Below are positions 53,505-62,193 of a DNA stretch of 64,000 nt, in pieces. The notes under the pieces are model-generated. The model did not search any database, had not been told where the DNA came from, and saw only the letters and a list, made by a program, of their open reading frames with translations. Each line of letters opens with the position of its first letter. Within the stretch, counting starts at the first letter, position 1. The DNA comes from an uncultured Oscillospiraceae bacterium. GTDB taxonomy: Bacteria > Bacillota > Clostridia > Oscillospirales > Oscillospiraceae. The stretch is from contig CANQKA010000001.1 in the NCBI GenBank assembly GCA_947624395.1, positions 16,446 to 80,445 of the forward strand. The letters are read 5' to 3'. The position numbers were made by a program, and so were the translations under genes.

Positions 53505-53712
53505 ACCAAACGCGCCGGCAGGTTTCCTGGCTGACGGATCATTACATAAAGCAGCCTTCCCACCATAACGGCAGTGACCGCGCTTTTCGCGCCATGCCTT
53601 ATGCTCCCCGAACACAGTGACGAGTTCGTGCGGGATTCGCACCCGCTTCCCTTTTACCCCCTGGCCCCGCGGCGTACTGCGGTCAGGGGCACCGGACGTT
53701 TTCTCCGTATTC
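53505..53712 (-). promoter_or_regulatory. Cobalamin (AdoCbl) riboswitch aptamer
   Basis: The minus strand reads ...GGTGCCCC...GGGGTAAAAGGGAAGCGGGTGCGAATCCCGCACGAACTCGTCACTGTG...GGGGAGCA...GTCACTGCC...GGGAAGGC...GTCAGCCAGGAAACCTGCC. The conserved core and a B12-box-like element were recognised from memory. Confidence 0.9.
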
Positions 53713-53724
53713 AACTACAGGAAA

Positions 53725-53754
53725 ACTATACCACAATCCCCACCCGTTCCGCAA
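53725..53754 (-). promoter_or_regulatory. Putative promoter of the riboswitch/cob operon, TTGCGG-18 nt-TATAGT with TGg extension
   Basis: The minus strand reads TTGCGGaacgggtggggattgTGgTATAGT. Confidence 0.45.
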
Positions 53755-53766
53755 TATGTCGTTTCA

Positions 53767-53796
53767 TTGGACGTATGAACAAAAACGTGCTATGAT
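53767..53796 (+). promoter_or_regulatory. Putative divergent promoter, TTGGAC-18 nt-TATGAT with TGc extension
   Basis: Reads TTGGACgtatgaacaaaaacgTGcTATGAT, upstream of the esterase gene. Confidence 0.4.
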
Positions 53797-53827
53797 AGCA
53801 TCATCCAATTTCTGGGAGGCTTTTCCG

Positions 53828-54604
53828 ATGCTGATAAAGCGCGACATGCTCTTCACCCCCAAAAACAAGAACCGCCCGCTGCACATCTGGCTGCCCGAGG
53901 GCTACGACAACTCCACGGACCGCTACCCGGTCATGTACTTTTTCGACGGCCATAACCTCTTCACCGACGCGGACGCCACCTTTGGCAAGTGCTGGGGGCT
54001 GCTGGACTTTCTGCAGAGCTGGGAAAAGCCGCTCATCGTCGTGGGCATCGAGTGCGGCCACGAGGGCAACGAGCGGCTTTATGAATACTGCCCCTACCAC
54101 TTCCGGGGCAAGTTCTGGGGCGACCTGCTTGGAACGGGCGAGGCGACCATGGACTTCATGACCGAAGAACTCAAACCTCTGATCGACCGGGAATACCGTA
54201 CATACCCCGCCCGGGAGGCCACGGCCATCGGCGGGTCCTCCATGGGCGGGCTCATGAGCCTGTACGCCGCCGTGAAATATAACGGCGTATATTCCAAGGC
54301 CGCGTGCGTATCCAGCTCCATCAACCCCTGCATGCCCAGTCTGCGCCGGGACATCCGGGATTCTTCCATCGACCCGGACAGCCGGATATACCTCTCCTGG
54401 GGCACCAAAGAGGCCAAGCGCCCCCGGAGCAAGCTGGACGACTATGAAACGCCCACCGCGAAGCACAACCTGGAGCTGGCCCAAATGCTCCAGGACAAGG
54501 GCGCGGTGACAAAAGTCGAATGCCAGCAGGGCGGCGCCCACAACGAGGCCAGCTGGGAAAAGCTCATCCCCGGCTTCATGGACTTCCTCTGGCTGGACAA
54601 ATGA
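53828..54604 (+). CDS. Alpha/beta-hydrolase, 'putative esterase' family (esterase D / enterochelin-esterase-like)
   Basis: The start is taken at ATG 53828 (MLIKRDMLF...) after GGGAGG. PVMYFFDGHN and the nucleophile elbow GGSSMGG are present. Confidence 0.8.
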   Translation: MLIKRDMLFTPKNKNRPLHIWLPEGYDNSTDRYPVMYFFDGHNLFTDADATFGKCWGLLDFLQSWEKPLIVVGIECGHEGNERLYEYCPYHFRGKFWGDLLGTGEATMDFMTEELKPLIDREYRTYPAREATAIGGSSMGGLMSLYAAVKYNGVYSKAACVSSSINPCMPSLRRDIRDSSIDPDSRIYLSWGTKEAKRPRSKLDDYETPTAKHNLELAQMLQDKGAVTKVECQQGGAHNEASWEKLIPGFMDFLWLDK

Positions 54605-57130
54605 TCATCGCCCGCCGGTGATATGCCGCCTTAGATACCGCCCCGTCTTGCTTTTTTCACAGGCGCATATCGCCTCCGGCGTGCCGGCCGCGACGATCTC
54701 GCCGCCCTGTTCGCCACCATCCGGGCCCATGTCGATCACATAGTCGGCGTTTGCGATCACGTCCAGATCGTGCTCAATGACGATGACAGTCGCGCCGTTT
54801 TCCATGAGCCGCTCAAACACATGCAGCAGCGTCTGCACGTCCAGGGGGTGCAGGCCAATCGTGGGCTCGTCAAAGACGAACACCGCGTCGGTCTGGCCTC
54901 TGCCCATCTCGCTTGCCAGCTTCAGCCGCTGCGCCTCTCCGCCGGAGAGGCTTGGCGTTTCCTCCCCCAGGGTGAGATAACCCAAGCCCAGCTCCCGCAG
55001 CACGTCCAGCCGCCGTGCCACCAGAGGCAGGTCGGCGCACACGGCCAGGGCCTGGTCCACGCTCATGTCCATCAGCTCCGGCAGCGCGTAAGCCTGACCG
55101 CCGCCCCTGGGCACGCGCCGGACCAGTCCGGCTTTTTTGCCGTACCGGGACCCGCCGCAGTCCGGGCATGGTATCTGCACGTCCGGCAAAAACTGCACGT
55201 CCAGCTGGATGACCCCGGTGCCGTCGCAGGTCTGGCAGCGCAGCCGTCCGGTGTTGTAGGAAAAATCCCCGGCCTTGTACCCCTGCGCTTTTGCGTCCGC
55301 CGTGCGGGCGTAGGCCTTGCGCAGCTCGTCGTGTACATCGGCATATGTGGCCACCGTGGAGCGCACGTTGACGCCGATGGGCGTGGCGTCGATGAGCTTG
55401 ACCTGCCCGATGCCGCCGGCGGATATGGCCTTCACGTGCGCCGGCAGCCGGCCGCCCCGTATGGACGCCTCCAGCGCCGGGATGAGACTTTCCAGCACCA
55501 TGGTGGTCTTGCCCGAGCCAGACACGCCGGTCACCGCGATGAGCCGCCCTTTCGGGAAATCGACCTCCAACGGCTTCACTGTGTGTATTTCGGACGTGGA
55601 CAGGTGGATGGTCCCCAGGGCGAACATCTCCCCCGGCGGGACATGCCTGCCCACCCGGACGGTGCTTTTCCCCGTGAGAAACCCGCCGATGCGGGAGGCC
55701 GGGTCATTCTCCGCCTGGGCCAGCGGGCCCTGGACGATGATCTGCCCACCGTCCGCGCCCGCCCCCGGACCCAGCTCAATGAGCCAATCCGCCTGGGATA
55801 GCACGTTCGTGTCGTGGTCCACCAGCACCACCGAGTTGCCGTCGGCCACCAGGTCCTGCATCACCCCGGTCAGCCCCTCCAGATTCGACGGGTGCAGACC
55901 GATGGACGGCTCGTCCAGCACATACAGCACGCCGGTGGTGCGGTTGCGCACGGCCCGCGCCAGCTGCATCCGCTGGCGCTCGCCGGTGGACAGCGTGGAG
56001 GCGGCCCGGTCCAGCGTCAGGTAGGAAAGCCCCAGGTCCGTCAGGCGCTTTGCCGCGCCCTGGAACGACTGGCAGATGCTCTCCGCCATGGGCCGCATTT
56101 CCTCCGGCAGGGACCCCGGCACGCCGTTGACCCATTCCACAAGCTCGGCCAGGGTCATTTCGCACGCCTGGGCCAACGATATGCCCCGGAGCTTTGGCGC
56201 ACGGGCGGCGTCGGAGAGCCTTGTCCCGCTGCAGTCCGGGCACACGTCCTGGCGCAGAAATTTCTCCACCCGCTTCATGCCCTTCTCGTCCTTCACCTTG
56301 GAAAGGGCGTTTTCCACGGTATAAGTGGCGTTGAAGTAGGTGAAGTCCATATCCCCGGCCGCGCCGCTGGTCTTGTTCTGATAGATGATATTTTTCTTGA
56401 CGGCGGGTCCGTGAAAGACTATCTCCCGCTCTTTTTCGGTCAGCTCCCGGAAGGGCACGTCGGTACGCACGCCCATCTCCCGGGCGATATCCTTCATCAG
56501 CGACCACATGAGCGTCTGCCAGGGGGCCACCGCCCCCTCATCGATGGACAGAGACTCGTCCGGCACCAGCGTGGTCTCGTCCACCGTGCGCACCACGCCC
56601 GTACCGTCGCAGGTCTTGCATGCGCCCTGGCTGTTGAAAGCCAGCTCCTCCGCGCCGGGGGCGAAAAAGCTCTCGCCGCACACGGGGCATACCAGCGGCA
56701 GACCCGCCGCCACCCGCAGGGACGGCGGCACGTAATGGCCCTTGGGGCAGCGGTGGCTTGCCAGCCGGGAGTACATCAGCCGCAGGCTGTTCAAAAGCTC
56801 CGTACCGGTGCCGAACGTACTGCGTATACCGGGCACACCGGGCCGCTGGCGCAGGGCCAGCGCCGCCGGGACGTACAGCACCTGGTCCACCTGGGCCTTT
56901 TCCGCCTGGGTCATCCTCCGGCGGGTGTAGGTGGACAGGGATTCCAGGTACCGCCTGGACCCCTCCGCGTACAAAATGCCCAGGGCCAGGGAGGATTTGC
57001 CGGACCCGGACACGCCCGCGATGGCCACGATCCTGCCCAGCGGTATGTCCACGTCGATGTTTTTCAGGTTATGCACCCGCCCGCCGCGTATGACGATCCT
57101 GTCCGGCGTATTTGGCTCTCCCCTGTTCAT
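54605..57130 (-). CDS. UvrA-family ABC ATPase paralog (841 aa, shorter than canonical UvrA)
   Basis: HNLKNIDVDIPLGRIVAIAGVSGSGKSSLA..., zinc modules (CPVCGESF, CKTCDGTG, CPDCSGTR, CQTCDGTG...CPDCGGSRY), a second Walker A GVSGSGKTTM, and the signatures LSTGERQR and LSGGEAQR. Confidence 0.9.
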   Translation of the reverse strand: MNRGEPNTPDRIVIRGGRVHNLKNIDVDIPLGRIVAIAGVSGSGKSSLALGILYAEGSRRYLESLSTYTRRRMTQAEKAQVDQVLYVPAALALRQRPGVPGIRSTFGTGTELLNSLRLMYSRLASHRCPKGHYVPPSLRVAAGLPLVCPVCGESFFAPGAEELAFNSQGACKTCDGTGVVRTVDETTLVPDESLSIDEGAVAPWQTLMWSLMKDIAREMGVRTDVPFRELTEKEREIVFHGPAVKKNIIYQNKTSGAAGDMDFTYFNATYTVENALSKVKDEKGMKRVEKFLRQDVCPDCSGTRLSDAARAPKLRGISLAQACEMTLAELVEWVNGVPGSLPEEMRPMAESICQSFQGAAKRLTDLGLSYLTLDRAASTLSTGERQRMQLARAVRNRTTGVLYVLDEPSIGLHPSNLEGLTGVMQDLVADGNSVVLVDHDTNVLSQADWLIELGPGAGADGGQIIVQGPLAQAENDPASRIGGFLTGKSTVRVGRHVPPGEMFALGTIHLSTSEIHTVKPLEVDFPKGRLIAVTGVSGSGKTTMVLESLIPALEASIRGGRLPAHVKAISAGGIGQVKLIDATPIGVNVRSTVATYADVHDELRKAYARTADAKAQGYKAGDFSYNTGRLRCQTCDGTGVIQLDVQFLPDVQIPCPDCGGSRYGKKAGLVRRVPRGGGQAYALPELMDMSVDQALAVCADLPLVARRLDVLRELGLGYLTLGEETPSLSGGEAQRLKLASEMGRGQTDAVFVFDEPTIGLHPLDVQTLLHVFERLMENGATVIVIEHDLDVIANADYVIDMGPDGGEQGGEIVAAGTPEAICACEKSKTGRYLRRHITGGR

Positions 57131-57211
57131 GGCTGCCCCTCCCGTGTTATCATTTATGCTGTCATTATAGCAAAAATCGCCCCAAATGGGGAGGGTTTTG
57201 CCGCCGCGCTA

Positions 57212-57240
57212 TGGAAAAACCCGCGGATATCCTGTATAAT
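57212..57240 (+). promoter_or_regulatory. Putative pyk promoter (TGGAAA-17 nt-TATAAT with TG extension)
   Basis: Reads cctGtTATAAT at 57231-57240. The -35 box is weak. Confidence 0.45.
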
Positions 57241-57284
57241 AGCGTCATGGCTCAAGAACAGACTTCATTCAGGAGGCGCACGAT

Positions 57285-58718
57285 ATGAGAAGGACAAAAA
57301 TCATCTGCACGCTTGGTCCCGCCGTGGACAGCGAGGAAAAGATACGCGGCCTGATCCGCGCCGGCATGGACGCCGCCCGGTTCAATTTCTCCCACGGCAC
57401 CCATGAAGAGCATCTGAAACGGCTCCATCTGCTCAACTCCGTGCGGGACACCATCAGCCGCCCTGTGGCCACGGTGCTGGACACCAAGGGCCCGGAGATC
57501 CGCATCCGCACCTTTGCGGAAAACGCCGTGACCCTGACGGAGGGGGACACCTTCACCCTGACCACCGAGGACGCGGTGGGGGACAGTCATCGTGTGGCGG
57601 TCACCTATAAGGAGCTGCACAACGAGGTAGCCCCCGGCCAGCAGATCCTGATCGACGACGGCTTGGTGGCCATCCGGGTGGAGAAGATCGACGGCCGGGA
57701 GATCGTCTGCCGGGTGGAGAACGGCGGCGTTCTGTCCAACCACAAGTCCATCAACATCCCCGGCGCCAGCATCCATCTGCCCGCTATCACGGAAAAGGAC
57801 ATCGAGGACATCCGCTTCGGCGTGGAGAACGACTTCGATTTCATCGCCGCCTCCTTTGTCCGCAAGGCCAGCGACGTGCAGGCCATCCGTGAGGTCCTGC
57901 ATGAATGCGGCGGCGACGGCGTGCGCATCATCGCCAAGATCGAGAACCAGGAGGGCGTTGACAACATGGAGGAGATCATCATGGCCGCCGACGGCGTCAT
58001 GGTGGCTCGCGGCGACCTGGGCGTGGAGATCCCCGCCGCCCGTGTGCCCATCATCCAGAAGAAGATGATCGACAAGTGCCTTCTGGAGAGCAAGCCCGTC
58101 ATCACCGCCACCCAGATGCTGGACTCCATGATACGCAATCCCCGGCCCACCCGGGCGGAGGTATCCGACGTTGCCAACGCCGTGTTCGACGGCACCAGCT
58201 GCGTCATGCTCTCCGGCGAGACCGCCAGCGGCAAGTACCCCATCGAGGCCCTGACCGCCATGGCCGATATCGTCACAGAGGCGGAGTCCGCCGCAGGCTA
58301 CTGGCGGGAGTTCAAGGAATTCGAGCAGGTCGCGGCCCCCTCCATCAGCGACGCCATCACCCACACCAGCGCCATCACCGCCAAGGACCTGAACGCCACG
58401 GCCATCCTGACCGCCACGGCCTCCGGCAGCACCGCCCGCATGATCGCCCGCTTCCGGCCCGCCTGCCCGGTGGTGGCCCTGACCATGCACGAGCGGGTCC
58501 GCCGGCAGCTGGCCCTGTGCTGGGGCACCATCCCGGTGCTCACCGGCGAGGTTACCAGCACCGACCGTATCATGGCCATGGCCTGTGAGGTAGCGGTGAA
58601 AGAGAAGCTGGTGAACCTGGGCGACACGGTGGTCATCACCGCGGGCGTGCCCCTGGGCCGCACCGGTCACACCAACCTTCTCAAGGCCCACGTGATAGAA
58701 GAAGACGATCTGCTGTGA
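57285..58718 (+). CDS. pyk: Pyruvate kinase
   Basis: A 477-aa ORF. MRRTKIICTLGP...FNFSHG...LDTKGPEIR...MVARGDLGVEIP...MLSGETA. Confidence 0.95.
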   Translation: MRRTKIICTLGPAVDSEEKIRGLIRAGMDAARFNFSHGTHEEHLKRLHLLNSVRDTISRPVATVLDTKGPEIRIRTFAENAVTLTEGDTFTLTTEDAVGDSHRVAVTYKELHNEVAPGQQILIDDGLVAIRVEKIDGREIVCRVENGGVLSNHKSINIPGASIHLPAITEKDIEDIRFGVENDFDFIAASFVRKASDVQAIREVLHECGGDGVRIIAKIENQEGVDNMEEIIMAADGVMVARGDLGVEIPAARVPIIQKKMIDKCLLESKPVITATQMLDSMIRNPRPTRAEVSDVANAVFDGTSCVMLSGETASGKYPIEALTAMADIVTEAESAAGYWREFKEFEQVAAPSISDAITHTSAITAKDLNATAILTATASGSTARMIARFRPACPVVALTMHERVRRQLALCWGTIPVLTGEVTSTDRIMAMACEVAVKEKLVNLGDTVVITAGVPLGRTGHTNLLKAHVIEEDDLL

Positions 58719-58745
58719 GGCTGCTATGGCGTGATACGCAACATT

Positions 58746-58789
58746 GGAAAAAAGACTGCCTTCCCCCACGGGAAAGCAGTCTTTTCTCT
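58746..58789. terminator. Bidirectional intrinsic terminator between pyk and the dipeptidase gene
   Basis: Reads gAAAAAAGACTGCCTTCCC-ccac-GGGAAAGCAGTCTTTTCTCTT, a 14-bp stem with one mismatch, an A-run upstream and a T-run downstream. Confidence 0.75.
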
Positions 58790-58802
58790 TGTCCGCTCCG
58801 GC

Positions 58803-60464
58803 TCACTGGATGCCCAGCTCCGCCTTGTCGTCCAGGCTGGTCTGGCCGTAGCCCACCGCTTCCAGCCGATCCACGGGATAACCGGGAGTCTCGTAGCCGT
58901 CGCCCAGCTCATCGCCCACGACCATGCCGTCCTGATAGCGGCCCACCAGCGTCCAGGCGAAGTCCCACCGGCCCTCGTAGACCTGGTTCATGTTGTCGTT
59001 CACATAGCCGGTCAGCACGGCTTTGGCGCCGTCGATATCCCCGGCGTTGTAAAGCGCAAGGGCTTTGGCCTCCACCTCGGCGTGGCTGGCGAAGAACGCG
59101 TCCTCATATTTGGCTCTCTCGGCGCGTATATCGGCATAGATGGCGTCCCAGCGCAGATTGGCCCAGTTGTTCACGAAGTTGAAGGCCCACCAGGCGCAGC
59201 TTTGGTCGAAGTGATAGCGGTCGCCGGTGGACCACGCCTCTGGCACTTCCGTCGTCCCGGCGTACACAGGCACGTAAACGGTGGTGTCGGGGGAATCCTC
59301 GCCGAACCACATCAAACTTCCGATCTCGCCGGGCAGGTCGGGGCGCAGCTCGGCCACGAAGCTGTAGGTGCAGCGGAACTGGGCGATCTGGCGCTCCCAA
59401 TCCTCATCGGCCGCGGCCTCGGGCTTGTCGCCGCCCTGCCAGCGGGTGGGATTATGGAACGGCCCTGCGGCCAGACCCTGGGTCATATCATATTTCGTCC
59501 CTTCAAAGTGGTCGCTGAATATGTCCATGATGTTCTGCACGCTCACAGGCTCGTCGGGCGTGACGGAGAAATCGTAGTACTCCTGACTGCCCACCACCGG
59601 AAAGTTCTGGGACGGCGCCAGCAGGTTCAGCATGCGCCACTCGCGGCGGCTGGCATAAAATTCATAGCCAAAGGGCTCGGGGTCAAATAGCCTGGAATAG
59701 TTGAACGGCTCGCCCTGCTTCCACCAGCCAAGCGCTTCCGGCAGGACAGTAATGTCGGTGGACCACATGAAGTTTTCCGTATCGTCAAAGTCGATCACGC
59801 CGACGCGGGACCGGTTGGCGCCGACGAACACCTGGTCGTCGCCCAGCCGGCGTGCGACCCAGTGAGCGCCGGGCGCGCCGCTGTCGGCGGTCCACTGCGG
59901 GCCGCCGCCGCATATCTCGAATATCCACACCTCGCTGTTGTCGGCGACCAGCAGGCACTCGCCGCCGTCGCAGTAGCCGTACTGCTCGGCGATCTGGCCC
60001 ATGATCTGCACGCACTCCCTGGCGGTGTCGGCCCGGGCCAGCCCGATCTGCTCCAGGTTGGCGATGACCATCATGCCGTTGGGGCTGACGATATCCTCGG
60101 TGCCGGTCCAGGTGAACTCGCCGATGACGACGCCCTTCTCGTTCATGAAGGGGTACGCGATGCTGAAATAGGTGTATGTCTCGGGGACCTGCGGTATCTG
60201 GCCCACCAGCTCCGGGGCGACCTTTGTGTCGATGCATGGGTCGTTGTAGATATCCACCATCTCGCCGTCGGCGTGGGAGCCGCCCTGCACGACCCGCAGG
60301 CGGTGGTCGTACCAGCCGTCGCAGGTGTGGGAGACCAGCACGGAGCCGTCGGCGGAGGCGTCCTTGCCCACCGCCACCGTGGTACAGGCCAGGGCGCTGC
60401 CGCCCAGGGAGACCACCAGCGCCGCCGCAAGAATCGCGGACACGAGCTTCTTCACGAGTTTCAT
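58803..60464 (-). CDS. C69-family dipeptidase, secreted
   Basis: The start is taken at ATG 60464 (MKLVKKLVSAILAAALVV...), because the upstream ATG 60479 lies inside the SD (atGAGGAGGaaccgaATG). The catalytic Cys follows the signal peptide (ALACTTVAVGKDAS...). Confidence 0.85.
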   Translation of the reverse strand: MKLVKKLVSAILAAALVVSLGGSALACTTVAVGKDASADGSVLVSHTCDGWYDHRLRVVQGGSHADGEMVDIYNDPCIDTKVAPELVGQIPQVPETYTYFSIAYPFMNEKGVVIGEFTWTGTEDIVSPNGMMVIANLEQIGLARADTARECVQIMGQIAEQYGYCDGGECLLVADNSEVWIFEICGGGPQWTADSGAPGAHWVARRLGDDQVFVGANRSRVGVIDFDDTENFMWSTDITVLPEALGWWKQGEPFNYSRLFDPEPFGYEFYASRREWRMLNLLAPSQNFPVVGSQEYYDFSVTPDEPVSVQNIMDIFSDHFEGTKYDMTQGLAAGPFHNPTRWQGGDKPEAAADEDWERQIAQFRCTYSFVAELRPDLPGEIGSLMWFGEDSPDTTVYVPVYAGTTEVPEAWSTGDRYHFDQSCAWWAFNFVNNWANLRWDAIYADIRAERAKYEDAFFASHAEVEAKALALYNAGDIDGAKAVLTGYVNDNMNQVYEGRWDFAWTLVGRYQDGMVVGDELGDGYETPGYPVDRLEAVGYGQTSLDDKAELGIQ

Positions 60465-60487
60465 TCGGTTCCTCCTCATGATTTTTG

Positions 60488-60523
60488 CAAAACGCGCCTG
60501 AAGCCAGCTTCAGACGCGTTTTG
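60488..60523 (-). terminator. Palindromic stem-loop after the upstream secreted-protein gene
   Basis: Reads CAAAACGCGcCTGAAG-ccag-CTTCAGaCGCGTTTTG. The U-run is part of the stem, so terminator function is uncertain. Confidence 0.45.
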
Positions 60524-60542
60524 ACCAAAATGCTTTACGCGT

Positions 60543-61664
60543 TTATTCCGCGGGGACCTCCCCGATCATGGCGATGACGAGCGCTCCGATAACGTCGCCC
60601 AGCCACGTCTGCATATCCGCCGCCAGCGGACTCTCCTCGCCCGCGGCGGCCAGCTCGCTCAGGTTGACGACGTTGGCCATGTCAACGTCATCGGTGCTGA
60701 AGGCGCCCTCCGCGACGGGGTGCTTTTCCACGACGAACTGGGCGTCCAGGTGGCTCTCGCCGCCGTCGCCGAGAACGTCGAAGGTGAAGGTCGTGCCGTC
60801 CTCGTCGGTGGACATGATATAGTACATGCCGTTATAGCCCTCGATCTCGCCGGCGGAGGCGGTGATGAACATATAGCCCACGCTGGTCTGCAGATCGCCC
60901 TGGCCCTCATAGATGCCGCCCACCATCTGGGCGTCCGTGTCCTCGTCCTTCAGCATCTCAATGTTGGGGATGGGCTCGCCGTTCAGGGTCATGTTGCCCA
61001 GTATCTTCACAAGCAGCTCTTTGTCCACGGTGAAGGAGGACACCTTATACTCGCCCGCGGGCACCAGCACCTCGCCGGTATCCGGGTCGGTAACGTCCTC
61101 GTCGATGGTGACGGTCTTCTCGGGGTTGACGCTCTCCTCCAGTATCGCCCCGATGTCGCCGGTCACTTCCAGACCGGGCTCGGGGGTCTCCGCGGGTTCC
61201 TCCTCCACGGGTTCCTCCTCCGCGGGCGCGGCCTCATCCGCGCCGTAGAAGAAGTCAAAGATGGTCTGGGCAGCCGCGGTGGTGTCCATGCCCTGCAGCG
61301 CCTCGATCAGGCCGTTGCGCATTTCGTCCAGGCTGTTGGCCAGCTCCATGACCGGGTCGATGGCATAGTCCTTGTGGCCCAGGGTGGGGCTGTCCAGGTG
61401 CATGATGGACAGGCCGTCCACCTGGGTAAAGCCGATCTCGCAGACCCGCTCATCGCCATTGTCCACGTGCACCGCCACGGCCCCCGGCTCACCCTTCATC
61501 ACGTCCACGCCTATCTTCAGGTCAGACAGGTCGATGTTCGTCTCGCCCGCCTCCACGGAGATGCCGGACAGGCAGTAGCAGGTGCCGGCCTCCGGGCCCT
61601 CCGCAAAGGCGCATGTGCTGAGCATGAGCACGGCGCTCAGGATGACGGCTAGCAGTTTTTTCAT
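60543..61664 (-). CDS. Secreted acidic hypothetical protein (possible lipoprotein)
   Basis: A 373-aa ORF. Signal peptide MKKLLAVILSAVLMLSTC with a lipobox-like LSTC. It is rich in Asp/Glu, with a PAEEEPVEEEPAETPEP linker. GGAGG RBS. Confidence 0.7.
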   Translation of the reverse strand: MKKLLAVILSAVLMLSTCAFAEGPEAGTCYCLSGISVEAGETNIDLSDLKIGVDVMKGEPGAVAVHVDNGDERVCEIGFTQVDGLSIMHLDSPTLGHKDYAIDPVMELANSLDEMRNGLIEALQGMDTTAAAQTIFDFFYGADEAAPAEEEPVEEEPAETPEPGLEVTGDIGAILEESVNPEKTVTIDEDVTDPDTGEVLVPAGEYKVSSFTVDKELLVKILGNMTLNGEPIPNIEMLKDEDTDAQMVGGIYEGQGDLQTSVGYMFITASAGEIEGYNGMYYIMSTDEDGTTFTFDVLGDGGESHLDAQFVVEKHPVAEGAFSTDDVDMANVVNLSELAAAGEESPLAADMQTWLGDVIGALVIAMIGEVPAE

Positions 61665-61874
61665 TTTTTGTGTTCCTCCTTGCGTTCAACAAATTTTGCT
61701 ATATCGGCGCGGCGCGCCGCCGCACGCCTATATAATGGAAAATCCCCCCGGATTGTCAAGGGTTTTGTCCTGAATCGACAAAAAACGACCTGAATTGCAT
61801 CTCCCCACCCCAAACAGGCGATCAGATCTGTTGGCAAATAATGATTGTCGGTCCAATATAACGACAAGATCACG

Positions 61875-61921
61875 CTTGATATTATGGCCATATCATGGTA
61901 CAATAAGGCCATAATATCAAG
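61875..61921 (+). promoter_or_regulatory. Toxin-antitoxin promoter/operator: perfect 15-bp inverted repeat bracketing TTGATA-17 nt-TACAAT
   Basis: Reads CTTGATATTATGGCC-atatcatggtacaataa-GGCCATAATATCAAG. The left arm contains the -35 (TTGATA, 61876-61881), the -10 TACAAT is at 61899-61904, and the right arm abuts the GGAGG RBS. Confidence 0.65.
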
Positions 61922-61932
61922 GAGGTGCCGGC

Positions 61933-62193
61933 ATGCCCCATATCATTCCTATAAAAGACCTGAAAGACACCGCTTCCATTTCCAGAATGTGCCAGGAATC
62001 CAATGATCCAGTGTATATCACGAAAAACGGCTATGGCGACATGGTCATCATGAGCATGAAAGCCTATGAGGAAAAGATGCTGATGCTGGATGTCTATACA
62101 CGTCTGGCCCAGGCGGAAGACGATATTCAAGCTGGTCATGTCAAGGATGCCCGGACCGCTCTGAAGGCGCTGCGGGAAAAGTACGATGTATAA
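61933..62193 (+). CDS. Type II antitoxin, Phd/YefM family
   Basis: An 86-aa ORF. IPIKDLKDTASISRMCQESNDPVYITKNGYGDMVIMSMKAYEE fits the Phd/YefM fold pattern. It overlaps the toxin gene by 8 nt. Confidence 0.8.
   Translation: MPHIIPIKDLKDTASISRMCQESNDPVYITKNGYGDMVIMSMKAYEEKMLMLDVYTRLAQAEDDIQAGHVKDARTALKALREKYDV

Noticed and set aside
53304-53714. The track ORF for the chelatase-like gene extends to 53714.
   Set aside because: That stretch contains the cobalamin riboswitch aptamer and its terminator. The signal-peptide Met at 53303 with a GGAG RBS is the plausible start.
61664-61875. A possible small RNA or extra promoter (TATAAT at 61731-61736; GC palindrome ggcgcgcc) upstream of the TA module.
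   Set aside because: No terminator or conserved structure is visible, and the signals are equally compatible with the minus-strand promoter of the secreted-protein gene.
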